Below are positions 8,905-18,571 of a DNA stretch of 64,000 nt, piece after piece. Below the pieces are notes generated by a model. The model saw nothing but the letters and a program-made list of their open reading frames with translations, did not search any database and was not told the origin of the DNA. The position numbers and the translations under genes were made by a program. Source of the DNA: Syntrophales bacterium (GTDB lineage Bacteria > Desulfobacterota > Syntrophia > Syntrophales > UBA2210); the NCBI GenBank assembly GCA_963666365.2, contig CAXXNF010000002.1, positions 352,001 to 416,000 of the forward strand, written 5' to 3'. Every line of letters begins with the position of its first letter. Within the stretch, counting starts at the first letter, position 1.

Positions 8905-9528
8905 TTACATGACCGCCTTCATGATATGCGCTTCGATCAGGTTTCTGAATTCTTCTCGGGAATGTTTTTTCAGGTTCCAACTTCGTAAGGGGTATATGGA
9001 TAATTCATAGACGATCATGTTGGCGGTAAATGAAGCGTCTTCAAAGTTGAACACTTCCTTTTCCTTTCCCCTTTTTAATATTTCTTCCACCTGTTTGACA
9101 AAATTGCTTTCTCTTTCCAGGATAATCTTGCGTAGTTTTTGGGGAAGAACTTTTGATTCCCGGTAGAGAAGAAGAATTTCGTTTCGGTATTTCGAGCCGA
9201 AGTTCAGCAGCTCGTTGATTACGATCCGCAGCTGCTTTCTGGGATCCTCGATGCTCATTATGCACTGGTTGTCGAAAAGTTTGATTTCCGGTTCGTGAAT
9301 CATCTCAAAGACTCGGAAGAGAATGTCCTCCTTGCTGTCGATGAAATAATAGAGATTGCTGATATCGATTCCCGTTGCCTTGGAGATTTCCCGCATTGAC
9401 GTCTGGGCGTAACCTTTCTTCGTGAAGAGTTTGGCCGCTTTTCTGACAATCTGAAGTTGTCGTTTATGAAAGAGGGGACTGTTTTTTCCTGAGGCACACC
9501 TCTCATTGGGCCCCTTCATTTTCGTCAT
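8905..9528 (-). CDS. TetR/AcrR family regulator (KstR2-like C-terminus)
   Basis: AAKLFTKKGYAQTSMREISKATGIDISNLYYFIDSKEDIL helix-turn-helix. Start chosen at ATG 9528. Confidence 0.92.
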   Translation of the reverse strand: MTKMKGPNERCASGKNSPLFHKRQLQIVRKAAKLFTKKGYAQTSMREISKATGIDISNLYYFIDSKEDILFRVFEMIHEPEIKLFDNQCIMSIEDPRKQLRIVINELLNFGSKYRNEILLLYRESKVLPQKLRKIILERESNFVKQVEEILKRGKEKEVFNFEDASFTANMIVYELSIYPLRSWNLKKHSREEFRNLIEAHIMKAVM

Positions 9529-9584
9529 TATAAAGCTAATTCCTTTATGCAAAATAAGTGAACATTTATAAAAATGAAACCGGA

Positions 9585-9628
9585 CTGTCAACGCAAATGG
9601 TAAATTATTCTTGACAGCGCACTGTTAT
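9585..9628. promoter_or_regulatory. Divergent promoter/operator region between tetR and the oxidoreductase operon
   Basis: Back-to-back TTGACA hexamers (CTGTCAA...TTGACAG) and the imperfect palindrome TGACAG-cgca-CTGTTA. Confidence 0.5.
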
Positions 9629-9688
9629 CATAATACAACGCCCGATGTAAACTTTAAATGTTGTGCACACAGGCAATCAGGAGATTAT

Positions 9689-11647
9689 ATGAAAACACTA
9701 GAACATTTGTCGGCCCCGATTCACATTAAGTCGCTTACTATTCCCAACCGGCTGGTTATGCCGCCAATGGGAACTGCATTGGGCAACACAGACAGCACCG
9801 TAAGCGAAGCGAATCTGGCTTATATAAAACGCCGGGCGCAGAGCGGGGCAGGTCTGATTATCACGGAGATCACGGAAGTTCATCCGCTGGGTCTTGCGTC
9901 ACCGCGGTGCATAGGCGTATGGGATGATAAATTTATTCCCGGGCTTCGCATGCTTGCCGATACGGTGCACGGTCAGGGCGGAAAGATTGCCATGCAGCTG
10001 CATCATACGGGACGTGAAAATTATATTTTATTGAGGAAGAAGAAGGCCGTCGGACCATCGGCCATTCCCAGTCTTGTATTCGGATTTCTCGGTCCGCCCC
10101 GCGAGATGACCCTTGAGGATATTCATGAGACCATTGCTGCCTTTGGTTCGGCCGCCAGGCGAGCGCGGGAAGCGGGATTCGATGCCGTGGAACTCCACGG
10201 CGCCCACGGCTATCTTCTCATGCAGTTTCTTTCCGCCCATTCCAACCAGAGGACTGATGCATACGGAGGGGATTTCAAGGGACGGTCGCGTTTCATGATC
10301 GACTGCCTGAGGGAAGCGCGGAAACAGGTTGGGAACGACTTCCCCATCTCGATCCGAATCTCCGGCGAGGAGTGCATCAAGGACGGATATACCATTGCCG
10401 ACATGCAGACGATCATTCCTGACCTGGTCGAAGCAGGCGCCGACATCATCAATGTCTCTTTTGGCACGCACGGCAGCCCGGAAATGAATAACGATACGCC
10501 GAACCCGAGCGCACCCGTTGAATATCAGTCGGGCTTCAAGGCACATCTGGCCCGCAAGGTCAAGGAGGTGACCACGGCGCCGGTCATTTCAGTGGGTCGT
10601 TACACGGATCCCTTCATAATGGATGAAGTGATTGCGCGGGGAGATGCCGATATGATTGCCGTGGCCCGTCAGCATCTGGCCGACCCCGATTTTTTCAAAA
10701 ATGCCCGGGAAGGTCATCCCGAAGATACGCTGGAATGTCTGGCCTGCAACCAGGGCTGTATCGAGCGCTTGGCGCTGGAGCAGATGCCCATTCGTTGCGC
10801 CATCAATCCGCAGACCGGGCAGGAGCTCATCTATCCTGAAGGTCCCGCAGCGGTCAGCCGAAAAGTCTGGGTGGTGGGCGCCGGTCCCGGAGGACTTACC
10901 GCTGCATTCGAGGCGGCGCGTCTCGGGCATAGTGTCACGCTGTTCGAAAAGGAAGGCGAAACAGGAGGACAACTGCGCTACGCAGAAAGAGCGCCCCATA
11001 AAGCCGTCTACGGCCGCTACATACGCACATTAACCGGCAAGTGCGCAAAAGCGGGTGTGGACATCAGGACAAACGCGGAAGTGACGGAAGCAATGATCGA
11101 GGCGGAAAAGCCCGATGTCGTCATTGTGGCAATCGGAGCGGACAAATCAACACTGCCCGTGAAGGGAATCAACGCTCCTCATGTCTGTGATGCCTGGCAG
11201 ATCCTGGAAGGGTCCGTTGCGCCTGGAGAACATGTCGTTGTCATAGGCGGAGGGCTTGTGGGGATGGAAACGGCCGATTATCTCCGCGAAAAAGGGGTGA
11301 AAGACATTACACTGGTAGAGATGCTGGAGGCCTCTCCGGTCCTGGCTATTTCCGCACACGGCTACATGCTTCATACGCGCCTGCGGGACGAGGGCGTGAA
11401 TCTGCTCTTCGGCGCCACGGTGAGAGAGATCGCAGAAAAGGGCGTGATCCTCAGCAAGGGGGGTGAAGAGATGCGGTGTGAGCCGGTCGATCAAGTGGTT
11501 GTCGCCGTCGGGGTGACCTCGCGGGACAGCTTGAAGGCAATGCTTAAGGAAAAAGGCTTGCGGCATTTTATTATCGGTGATGCCGATGTTCCCCGAAGAA
11601 TCATAGAAGCAACGACGGAAGGCGCCCAGGCCGCCTGGGATATCTGA
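9689..11647 (+). CDS. NADH:flavin oxidoreductase (old yellow enzyme barrel, 4Fe-4S and FAD domains; FadH/BaiCD/BaiH-like)
   Basis: NRLVMPPM, ELHGAHGYL, NQRTDAYGG, CLACNQGC...CAINP, GAGPGG and GGGLVG motifs. RBS AGGAG. Confidence 0.93.
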   Translation: MKTLEHLSAPIHIKSLTIPNRLVMPPMGTALGNTDSTVSEANLAYIKRRAQSGAGLIITEITEVHPLGLASPRCIGVWDDKFIPGLRMLADTVHGQGGKIAMQLHHTGRENYILLRKKKAVGPSAIPSLVFGFLGPPREMTLEDIHETIAAFGSAARRAREAGFDAVELHGAHGYLLMQFLSAHSNQRTDAYGGDFKGRSRFMIDCLREARKQVGNDFPISIRISGEECIKDGYTIADMQTIIPDLVEAGADIINVSFGTHGSPEMNNDTPNPSAPVEYQSGFKAHLARKVKEVTTAPVISVGRYTDPFIMDEVIARGDADMIAVARQHLADPDFFKNAREGHPEDTLECLACNQGCIERLALEQMPIRCAINPQTGQELIYPEGPAAVSRKVWVVGAGPGGLTAAFEAARLGHSVTLFEKEGETGGQLRYAERAPHKAVYGRYIRTLTGKCAKAGVDIRTNAEVTEAMIEAEKPDVVIVAIGADKSTLPVKGINAPHVCDAWQILEGSVAPGEHVVVIGGGLVGMETADYLREKGVKDITLVEMLEASPVLAISAHGYMLHTRLRDEGVNLLFGATVREIAEKGVILSKGGEEMRCEPVDQVVVAVGVTSRDSLKAMLKEKGLRHFIIGDADVPRRIIEATTEGAQAAWDI

Positions 11648-11671
11648 ATATAATGCGCGTACCTCCCTATG

Positions 11672-11710
11672 CCTGCCGCATAGTGGAATTCTTTTTCCCT
11701 ATGCGGCAGG
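11672..11710. repeat. Intra-operon inverted repeat
   Basis: CCTGCCGCATAG...CTATGCGGCAGG, 12-bp perfect arms with no U-tract. Confidence 0.7.
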
Positions 11711-11757
11711 ACCTCCAATCAGGGAGAGAAAAAGATTCCACGATATAAGGAGCGAAT

Positions 11758-12531
11758 ATGAAGATTAAGGATAAAGTGGTGGTAGTTACGGGTGGCGCAT
11801 CCGGCATCGGTCGGGGGTTCTGTTATCGCTTTGCCGCCGAGGGGCCAAAAGGCATAGTGGTATCCGATTATAACGGTGAAGGAGCGGCGAAAGTTGCCGC
11901 CGATATCGGCGGACTTGCCGTAACCGCAGACGTGGGGAAGGAAGCGGACATCAAGAAATTGGTAGAAATAACTACCGAACATTACGGTCCGATCGACCTG
12001 TTCTGCTCCAATGCAGGCATACCGGCACTCGGCGGTCCGGAGACGCCCGATGAAGAATGGCAGTGTGCATGGGATATCCATGTTATGGCGCATGTATATG
12101 CGGCCCGGGCGGTGCTGCCGTCGATGATCGAACGGGGCGGTGGCTACCTCCTTCAGACAGGTTCGGCCGGAGGGCTTCTCACCACCCTCGGCGCAGCGCC
12201 CTACACGGCCAGTAAACATGCTGCGGTCGGCTTCGCGGAATGGCTCTCCATTACCTATGCGAGCAAGGGAATCAAGGTCAGCTGCTTCTGTCCCCTGGGG
12301 GTAATAAGCGGTATGCTGAATGAAGAAACGGAAGGTGTGGGTTCATGGATCATGGAAACCGCCTTTACACCGGAAGAGGCTGCCGAATATGTCGTCCAGG
12401 GCCTGGATAGAGAAGAGTTTTTAATTCTGTCCCATCCACAAGTCGGCGAATATTTCCGGAACAAGGCCAACAACCATGAGCGCTGGCTCCGACACATGCG
12501 GGGTGTGCAGGCGGAGTATGTTGAGAAATAA
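11758..12531 (+). CDS. Short-chain dehydrogenase/reductase
   Basis: TGGASGIG, SNAG and YTASK motifs. Confidence 0.93.
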   Translation: MKIKDKVVVVTGGASGIGRGFCYRFAAEGPKGIVVSDYNGEGAAKVAADIGGLAVTADVGKEADIKKLVEITTEHYGPIDLFCSNAGIPALGGPETPDEEWQCAWDIHVMAHVYAARAVLPSMIERGGGYLLQTGSAGGLLTTLGAAPYTASKHAAVGFAEWLSITYASKGIKVSCFCPLGVISGMLNEETEGVGSWIMETAFTPEEAAEYVVQGLDREEFLILSHPQVGEYFRNKANNHERWLRHMRGVQAEYVEK

Positions 12532-12552
12532 TCAGAGAGAAAGGAAACTACA

Positions 12553-13560
12553 ATGAAAGCAGCAGTAATGCATGGAGCGATGGATGTCAGAACGGACATC
12601 GTGCCTGATCCGGTACTGGAACCGCATGGAGTGATTATCAAGGTGAAGGCCTGCGGCATATGCGGATCTGACCTGCACGTGTATAAGCGAGACGAAAAAG
12701 GAAACATCTTCGGACACGAATTCAGTGGTGATGTGGTGGAAGTAGGCGCCCAGGTCAAGGATATTACGCCCGGCATGCGCGTAACAGCCGTGGGTTTCAA
12801 ACCCTGCGGCGAATGCTTCTGGTGTATGCAGGGTAAAGGTCACCGCTGCTCGAACATGGCCCTTCTCGGGTATCATTTTCCCGGCGCCATGGCGGAATAT
12901 GTGCATGTTCCTTTTGCCGCCATTGGAAGGACCGTATTTCCGCTTCCTGACGAATTATCCTATGAGGATGCAGCCTCGGTTGAACCTCTTTCCATTTCAT
13001 ATTTCTCCGTCAATCGGGCCCAGCCCAGGGAAAATGAATCCATCGCCGTCATCGGTCTGGGGGTAATCGGGCTCTATGCCGTGCAGGTGCTGAAAACCAT
13101 GGGTGTAGAAAAAATAGTGGCCAGTGGACGCCGACCGTCGCGCCTGGAAGCGGCAAAGATATGCGGCGCCGATGTGGTGATTGATGCGGCAAAAGAGGAT
13201 ATTGTTCCTGTAGCCATGGATGCTACGGCCAAGATGGGCGTCAATACGGTTATTGAATGCGCCGGCAAGCAGGAGACCTTCGACCAGGCAGTCGCCATTG
13301 CCCGCGGGGGAGGGAAGGTGATGCTGGTCGGCGTCTATGAAGAACCGCTCACCTGGGAGCCGGCGCCCGTCATAGCCAAAAATCTTTTACTTATCGGATG
13401 CCTGGGTGGCAATTTCCCGGCATCGATAGAGCTTCTCCGGAGTGGAAAGGTTGATGCCAAGCCGCTCATCACCCACAGGTTTTCCCTGGATCAGGCAGCC
13501 GAGGCTTTTAAGACGCAGCTTAGTGATCCGGACGCCATAAAGGTGATGTTTATCCCGTGA
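12553..13560 (+). CDS. Zn-dependent medium-chain alcohol dehydrogenase
   Basis: CGICGSD, GHEFSG, CGECFWC...C and GLGVIG motifs. Confidence 0.93.
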   Translation: MKAAVMHGAMDVRTDIVPDPVLEPHGVIIKVKACGICGSDLHVYKRDEKGNIFGHEFSGDVVEVGAQVKDITPGMRVTAVGFKPCGECFWCMQGKGHRCSNMALLGYHFPGAMAEYVHVPFAAIGRTVFPLPDELSYEDAASVEPLSISYFSVNRAQPRENESIAVIGLGVIGLYAVQVLKTMGVEKIVASGRRPSRLEAAKICGADVVIDAAKEDIVPVAMDATAKMGVNTVIECAGKQETFDQAVAIARGGGKVMLVGVYEEPLTWEPAPVIAKNLLLIGCLGGNFPASIELLRSGKVDAKPLITHRFSLDQAAEAFKTQLSDPDAIKVMFIP

Positions 13561-13625
13561 GACCCCTGTCCAAAACGCCTCGCTCCGTCCTGAAAGAGGG
13601 AGAACGGGTTTAGAAAGAGGAACGG

Positions 13626-14264
13626 TTACGGTGACGTGACATGGGCGGCGACAGGAAGGTCGATGTCGCCGCTCAATGCAATTACGCGTCTGTATGCAGT
13701 AAACTCACTAGTGCAATCGGGCGGTGTAATGTGTGCGGTCAGTTCTTCTGCGCCAATGGGCAGGTGCAGGAAAAGGCGTTTTTCCAGGAGATAGGTATTT
13801 TTAAACATTTGAAGGATTAATTCGCGACGCTGTGGTTCCGTTCCATACCTTTCGATAATGTAGTCGCACCGTTCCTCGAGTGTGCAGATAGAATCGTGAG
13901 TGACCCGCTTGTCCGCATAGTTGACGACTTCCGCTTCTTCCGGGACGGGGGAATTAAAATATTTATTAAGGCGTACATGCTGGCCGATAATTCCCCCTGT
14001 TTCAGGATAGCCGAGATCTGAAATCAGTTTTGCTCCCGTAAAGGCGTGATTTTCACCGGTGGCAAAACTTATGATTTTTGTAATGTCGTGAAGTAATGCA
14101 GCGGCTCGAATCAGGTCGCGGTTCAGAGAGATGCCTTCACCGGAGAGAAGATCGGAAATGCAGGCGGCAACGCGGCACACCTGGATTGAATGAGCCACTA
14201 TGTGATCGGGCATCTCCATCCGATGCATGATGCGATAGCATTCGTCGATTGAGGGGATCTTCAT
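13626..14264 (-). CDS. HD-domain phosphohydrolase
   Basis: HS..V, AALLHDITK, NHA, QHV and YADK motifs. Confidence 0.88.
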   Translation of the reverse strand: MKIPSIDECYRIMHRMEMPDHIVAHSIQVCRVAACISDLLSGEGISLNRDLIRAAALLHDITKIISFATGENHAFTGAKLISDLGYPETGGIIGQHVRLNKYFNSPVPEEAEVVNYADKRVTHDSICTLEERCDYIIERYGTEPQRRELILQMFKNTYLLEKRLFLHLPIGAEELTAHITPPDCTSEFTAYRRVIALSGDIDLPVAAHVTSP

Positions 14265-14395
14265 GACAGTGCCCTTTCCTTGCCATCACTTACTACCAGA
14301 GTGCACATCCAATTGCCAGCAGTTTGATATTTTTTCAGCGATTGCGTCAATTCCTGCTTGAAACAGCGGCATGGTCTTTTTATAATGCTCATATC

Positions 14396-14815
14396 ATGTC
14401 AATTGTCGGCGATATACACATGACCCCTATCGGATATGTCCGCACAGAAGAGAAGGAAATCCCTAAGTATTGGACCATATCCGATGTGGAGGGGAGACTC
14501 GTGATTGATGATACATACCGTGAAGGGCTTCAAAGTATCAAAAAAAATCAGCGCATCGACGTAGTCTTTTATTTTCATGAAAGCACATCCTTTGATCCCC
14601 CTCGACACCTTGCCCAACACCCACGGGGGAATGCGCGGAGTGAGAAACGGGGGGTATTCAGCACACGATCACCTATACGTCCCAATCCCATTGGGGTATC
14701 GACGGTAACCGTGACCGGCGTTGAGGGTGCTGTGGTGCATGTGAAGGGCCTTGATATGGTGGATGGAACCCCGATACTTGATATAAAACCATGCAAAGGG
14801 GATAGATGTGCATAA
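14396..14815 (+). CDS. tsaA: tRNA m6t6A37 methyltransferase TrmO/TsaA family
   Basis: PIG, GVFSTRSPIRPNPIG and GLDMVDGTPILDIKP motifs. Confidence 0.9.
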   Translation: MSIVGDIHMTPIGYVRTEEKEIPKYWTISDVEGRLVIDDTYREGLQSIKKNQRIDVVFYFHESTSFDPPRHLAQHPRGNARSEKRGVFSTRSPIRPNPIGVSTVTVTGVEGAVVHVKGLDMVDGTPILDIKPCKGDRCA

Positions 14816-14853
14816 AAAAGGGGGGGGATTTTATTTTTTGAATAAAATATTAT

Positions 14854-14882
14854 TTGACTTCACAAAACAATTAATTTAGTAT
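14854..14882 (+). promoter_or_regulatory. Sigma70 promoter of the cold-shock gene
   Basis: TTGACT-N17-TAGTAT with an AT-rich upstream element. Confidence 0.6.
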
Positions 14883-15057
14883 CGACTCCAGTTATGGACC
14901 TTCCTGGGGATCCAGAGGAAGCAGAGATAGAAAGTTGGGTTACGACATTTTGAAGGTAAGACGCAAGCCACCATACTCATGTGAGTCATGGTGGTTTTTT
15001 TTCTTTCTTTCAATTTGGTTCGGCTTAATAAAATTCTAGGGAAAGGAGGGCGCGATA

Positions 15058-15258
15058 ATGGCGGAAGGAACCGTAAAATGGTTCAATGAGAAAAAGGGCT
15101 TCGGGTTCATTCAGAAGGATGAAGGCGGCGATGTATTTGTTCACTACAGTGCGATCCAAAGCCAGGGATTCAAGACTCTGACCGAGAATCAGCGGGTAAG
15201 CTTTGATATCGAGCAGGGTCCCAAAGGGCCGGCGGCTGCGAATGTAAAAGTCCTGTAA
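15058..15258 (+). CDS. cspA: Cold-shock protein
   Basis: [15 protein letters not shown] and DVFVHYS; RBS AAGGAGG. Confidence 0.97.
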   Translation: MAEGTVKWFNEKKGFGFIQKDEGGDVFVHYSAIQSQGFKTLTENQRVSFDIEQGPKGPAAANVKVL

Positions 15259-15274
15259 AGGATTGTGAAATAGT

Positions 15275-15322
15275 GAAGGGCGTTCAGAAATAACCTATCC
15301 GGTTACTGGACGCCCTTTTTTC
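15275..15322 (+). terminator. Intrinsic terminator after csp
   Basis: AAGGGCGTTCAG...CTGGACGCCCTTTTTTT. Confidence 0.8.
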
Positions 15323-15330
15323 GTAGATTG

Positions 15331-16134
15331 CTACTTTACGAGAGACGCCAATACTCTCCGAATTTCCCCGAGGAGGGGTTTTTTAAGGTGTATCTTTAAA
15401 TAGAGATCGCCCGGCGCCCCGCCGGCCGTTCCTTCCTCTCCCATGCCGTTCAGCCGCAGCTGCTGACCATCTCCTACGCCGGTGGGAATCTTGATCATCA
15501 GCCGTTTGTTGCGCTTTTTCACGTGATACTCCATGGATGCCCCGTTCCGTGCCTGTTGAGGTGTGACATGGATAGTGTCGATAATATCTTTGCCCCCCTG
15601 TGGCAGTGTAATGCCGCTTATTTTTTCAAAGAGAAACCTGCCTACCTTTTCCACGCCTCCAAGGTGCGGGGGCTCGGAGGCGCGTGGCGTCGTCGCATTC
15701 CATTTTCCCGTGAATATGTATCCCCTGCCTGAAAATTGGGAATTGCCGAATGCAAAGGTCTGAAAACCCTGTGTCGATGAGTCTTTGAAAAGATCTTCAA
15801 ACCCCCGTATTCCAAAAGACTTGGCGAGTTCGTCGAAAATGCTGAAAATATCGGAACCGGTGTAGATGTCCTGTTCGGTATAGGATTGTCTGAAATGGTT
15901 ATAGGCGGAAGAGCCGAAGCTGCGCCTCATTGAGTCGTAGTCGCTCCGTTTTCTTGTATCGGACAATACGGCATAGGCTTCGTTGACGGCCTTCATCATT
16001 TCCGCTGCAGAGGGATTGCCTCCGTTCCGGTCGGGGTGATACTTCAAGGCCAGTTTACGATATGCCGATTTTATCTGCTCGGCTGTCGCCTCCTGGGTTA
16101 CACCGAGTGTGTGATAATAATCATTCTGTTCCAT
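15331..16134 (-). CDS. DnaJ-class co-chaperone (J domain plus DnaJ C-terminal part, no Zn finger; CbpA-like)
   Basis: DYY..LGV, AYRKLALKYHPD, NEAYAVLSD and IP.GV..GQ.LRL.G.G...GDLY motifs. Confidence 0.9.
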   Translation of the reverse strand: MEQNDYYHTLGVTQEATAEQIKSAYRKLALKYHPDRNGGNPSAAEMMKAVNEAYAVLSDTRKRSDYDSMRRSFGSSAYNHFRQSYTEQDIYTGSDIFSIFDELAKSFGIRGFEDLFKDSSTQGFQTFAFGNSQFSGRGYIFTGKWNATTPRASEPPHLGGVEKVGRFLFEKISGITLPQGGKDIIDTIHVTPQQARNGASMEYHVKKRNKRLMIKIPTGVGDGQQLRLNGMGEEGTAGGAPGDLYLKIHLKKPLLGEIRRVLASLVK

Positions 16135-16216
16135 GGGTTCCGCTTCTGAATGCAGATAAGGGGGTAGCATGCCACTGATGCACTATCCATGACGCCACCC
16201 CCTCATTCCTGATATA

Positions 16217-16531
16217 TCAACAACTGCAACTGCCGCCGCATCCGCCGGTCGATTGCAGATTTGAAGAAATCGAGTATCCCGAACCTCTCGGGGTATCAAT
16301 AAAATCGACTGTAACCGGGCTTATATCGCTAAGAAGTGAATTGTCGATGACAAACATCAATCCCTGCATGTTCAATACGTTATCGTTGTCCTGCGGCTCA
16401 TCCAGAGCCAGTGCCAGTGATGGACCGCCTCAACCCCCGGCATTGAGGTAGACGCGAACACAATGCTCTCCTTCTTTGTCCTTGAAATACTCAGACAGTG
16501 CGCCCAGCGCTTTTTCCGTGACTGTGAACAT
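16217..16531 (-). CDS. HesB/IscA-family selenoprotein (104 aa, Sec at codon 34)
   Basis: Not in the ORF track. RBS AGGAG, then MFTVTEKALGALSEYFKDKEGEHCVRVYLNAGG-TGA-GGPSLALALDEPQDND...FVID...VTVDF...GGCGGSCSC. The TGA at 16430-16432 is followed directly by a hairpin. Confidence 0.9.
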
Positions 16532-17306
16532 ATACATTCTCCTGTGATGTTTTACGCAGTACCTTTATGCGTTCGTGCCACTATAATAATAACGATCAGC
16601 AATATGTCAAACACGAAAGAATGGCACTTTTTGCCCATAGATGGTATACAGGCCAAGAATTCCACAGGAATTGGGCAGTGGGAACCGCCGGCTCCCATCG
16701 AATGGGCATGTTGAGGTATGGGTGGCGGTCCTGCCGTCCGAGGGGCCTAAGAGACAATAAATTTGATGAAGATGAGCGATAAGGAAACGAGTGCAAATTC
16801 ACTCCCCCTCGTTTCCGCAGTTCCTTGACAGTCTGAGAGCGGCCTTTATGATTTTTTTGCTCCTATGTTTTTTCGATATCTATGCATCACTGACGCGAGG
16901 AAAAGTACCTGGCGGCGAGGTTTGGCGATAGTAGTAATGATGAATTTACATGAATGGGGCGCCCCGCAGTCGCCCGTATTCGGGGGTGAGCGCCCGGAGT
17001 ATGTGGGGAGTCGCCATTTTAGTTCGGTATGTTAATGGTTTGATAACTCCGGGCGCCCCTTCGGAGTGATGAGTATTAGCCGCAGCGTACCAGATAGAAC
17101 TTCAAACGCAATATCTGATTATTACCTACAAAATATCGCTAAAAACCAGTAGCACACAGTATAACCGGGAAAATTTCATCGCTGTCCAGGTTCTGTGGCC
17201 CCTGTTGCAGTCCCCGCGCAACAAAAAGGTGGATCCGTTCGTTGGAATATCCGGGGCCGGCGATGATTTTCCCAGGCGATGCCACTCGTTAGCAGCAAGG
17301 CCGGCT

Positions 17307-18407
17307 TCAGAGATGCTGGAGCTGTGCAGCATCTATTGAGCGTTGTAGGGCCTCTATTCTTTTTGCGCCGGCAACACGTGTAAGATTTTTCACAAAGTCG
17401 CTCATAATTCGGGCCTCATCTCTCATCTGTCCCGCTGCCGCAGCAGATTCTGCGGCCTCTAAACTGTTTTCGTTCACCCCATGGCTTATTTGAATCATCG
17501 CTTGGTTGATTTCCTCTACGTACCGAGCTTGTTCTAGGGATGAAGATTCGATTGAATCGATCAGTGTGCCGATCTCTTTTGAGATTTCCATGTTGTCTTT
17601 GTAGCTGGCCCGTGTTTTTTCAGTGAGCTCTTCGCCACGCTCTATTGTGCGAAAGGTCTGTTCAATGAGGGCGTTCGTGTTCCGTGCCGCTTCCGCCGCT
17701 CTCATTGCGAGAGCCCGCACCTCCTCGGCAACCACCGAAAAGCCCATCCCGGCATCACCGGCACTGGCCGCCTCTACTGCCGCGTTCAAAGCGAGAAGAT
17801 TTGTCTGAAAGGCAATTTCATCGATGGTCCTTATTATATGTCCTGTCTCCTTGCTCAGGGCGGTTATCTCTTTTATTGACGACGCCATATCATTCATGTG
17901 CACATCGACGTCCTTTCCTATTCTTTGGGCCTTATCGGATATCATCTTTGCCCGGCAGGAATTTTCTACGCTGTTTCGAGTCATTATCTTTAATTGCTCG
18001 GTGGAAGAGGCGGTGTGCGCAATTTTTTTAAGGTGTCCCTGTGTACGGTCCGAAAGCATTTGACTGGCCTGAAGGATCTGCTGTGAAGCACTCGATACCT
18101 GAAAGCCGCTGTCGATAAGTGAATGAATGCCCTGATCAAGAGGCTTGATGAATCGGTTTGAAAGCACAATGTATGACATGGTAACAAGAAGATAGGCAGC
18201 GAAAAGACAGATGCCGACCACAATGTAATTATGTGTTCCGTAGTGTCCAATAAAGAAAAAGAGTACCGGGAGGAAGAAAAACACCGGAATAAGTATCTGA
18301 AACCGTGTGGAAGGACGGTTTTTCCCGTATATGATTGTCAGAGTTCCCATAATCAACGCCACCATTATTACTTCAATGATAAGCAGCCTTAATAGCTCAT
18401 GCATCAT
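17307..18407 (-). CDS. Methyl-accepting chemotaxis protein
   Basis: [35 protein letters not shown] hairpin tip. N-terminal transmembrane helices. RBS AGGAGGAG before ATG 18407. Confidence 0.93.
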   Translation of the reverse strand: MMHELLRLLIIEVIMVALIMGTLTIIYGKNRPSTRFQILIPVFFFLPVLFFFIGHYGTHNYIVVGICLFAAYLLVTMSYIVLSNRFIKPLDQGIHSLIDSGFQVSSASQQILQASQMLSDRTQGHLKKIAHTASSTEQLKIMTRNSVENSCRAKMISDKAQRIGKDVDVHMNDMASSIKEITALSKETGHIIRTIDEIAFQTNLLALNAAVEAASAGDAGMGFSVVAEEVRALAMRAAEAARNTNALIEQTFRTIERGEELTEKTRASYKDNMEISKEIGTLIDSIESSSLEQARYVEEINQAMIQISHGVNENSLEAAESAAAAGQMRDEARIMSDFVKNLTRVAGAKRIEALQRSIDAAQLQHL

Positions 18408-18571
18408 CTGTGAAAACTCCTCCTGTAAGTGTTCTTGATATTCTCGCATGGCGAGCGGCATAATAACGCGTTGTGCATTCTATCGGTTTTTATTTTATAT
18501 ACTTTAGGTTAAAATAGCACGACCTATGAAGAATCATTGATGACACAGCAAAAATGTAAAGAGGAGTATCG

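Noticed and set aside
16622..16634. Possible sigma54 promoter TGGCAC...TTGC
   Set aside because: GG to GC spacing is 8 nt rather than the required 10.
16463..16802. Small ORFs of 68-83 aa in the intergenic region
   Set aside because: No clear RBS or motifs, and one overlaps the selenoprotein gene antisense.
16897..16909. GAGGAAAAGTACC resembling the RNase P RNA 5' motif
   Set aside because: Imperfect match to GAGGAAAGUCC, and I found no matching 3' P4 strand.
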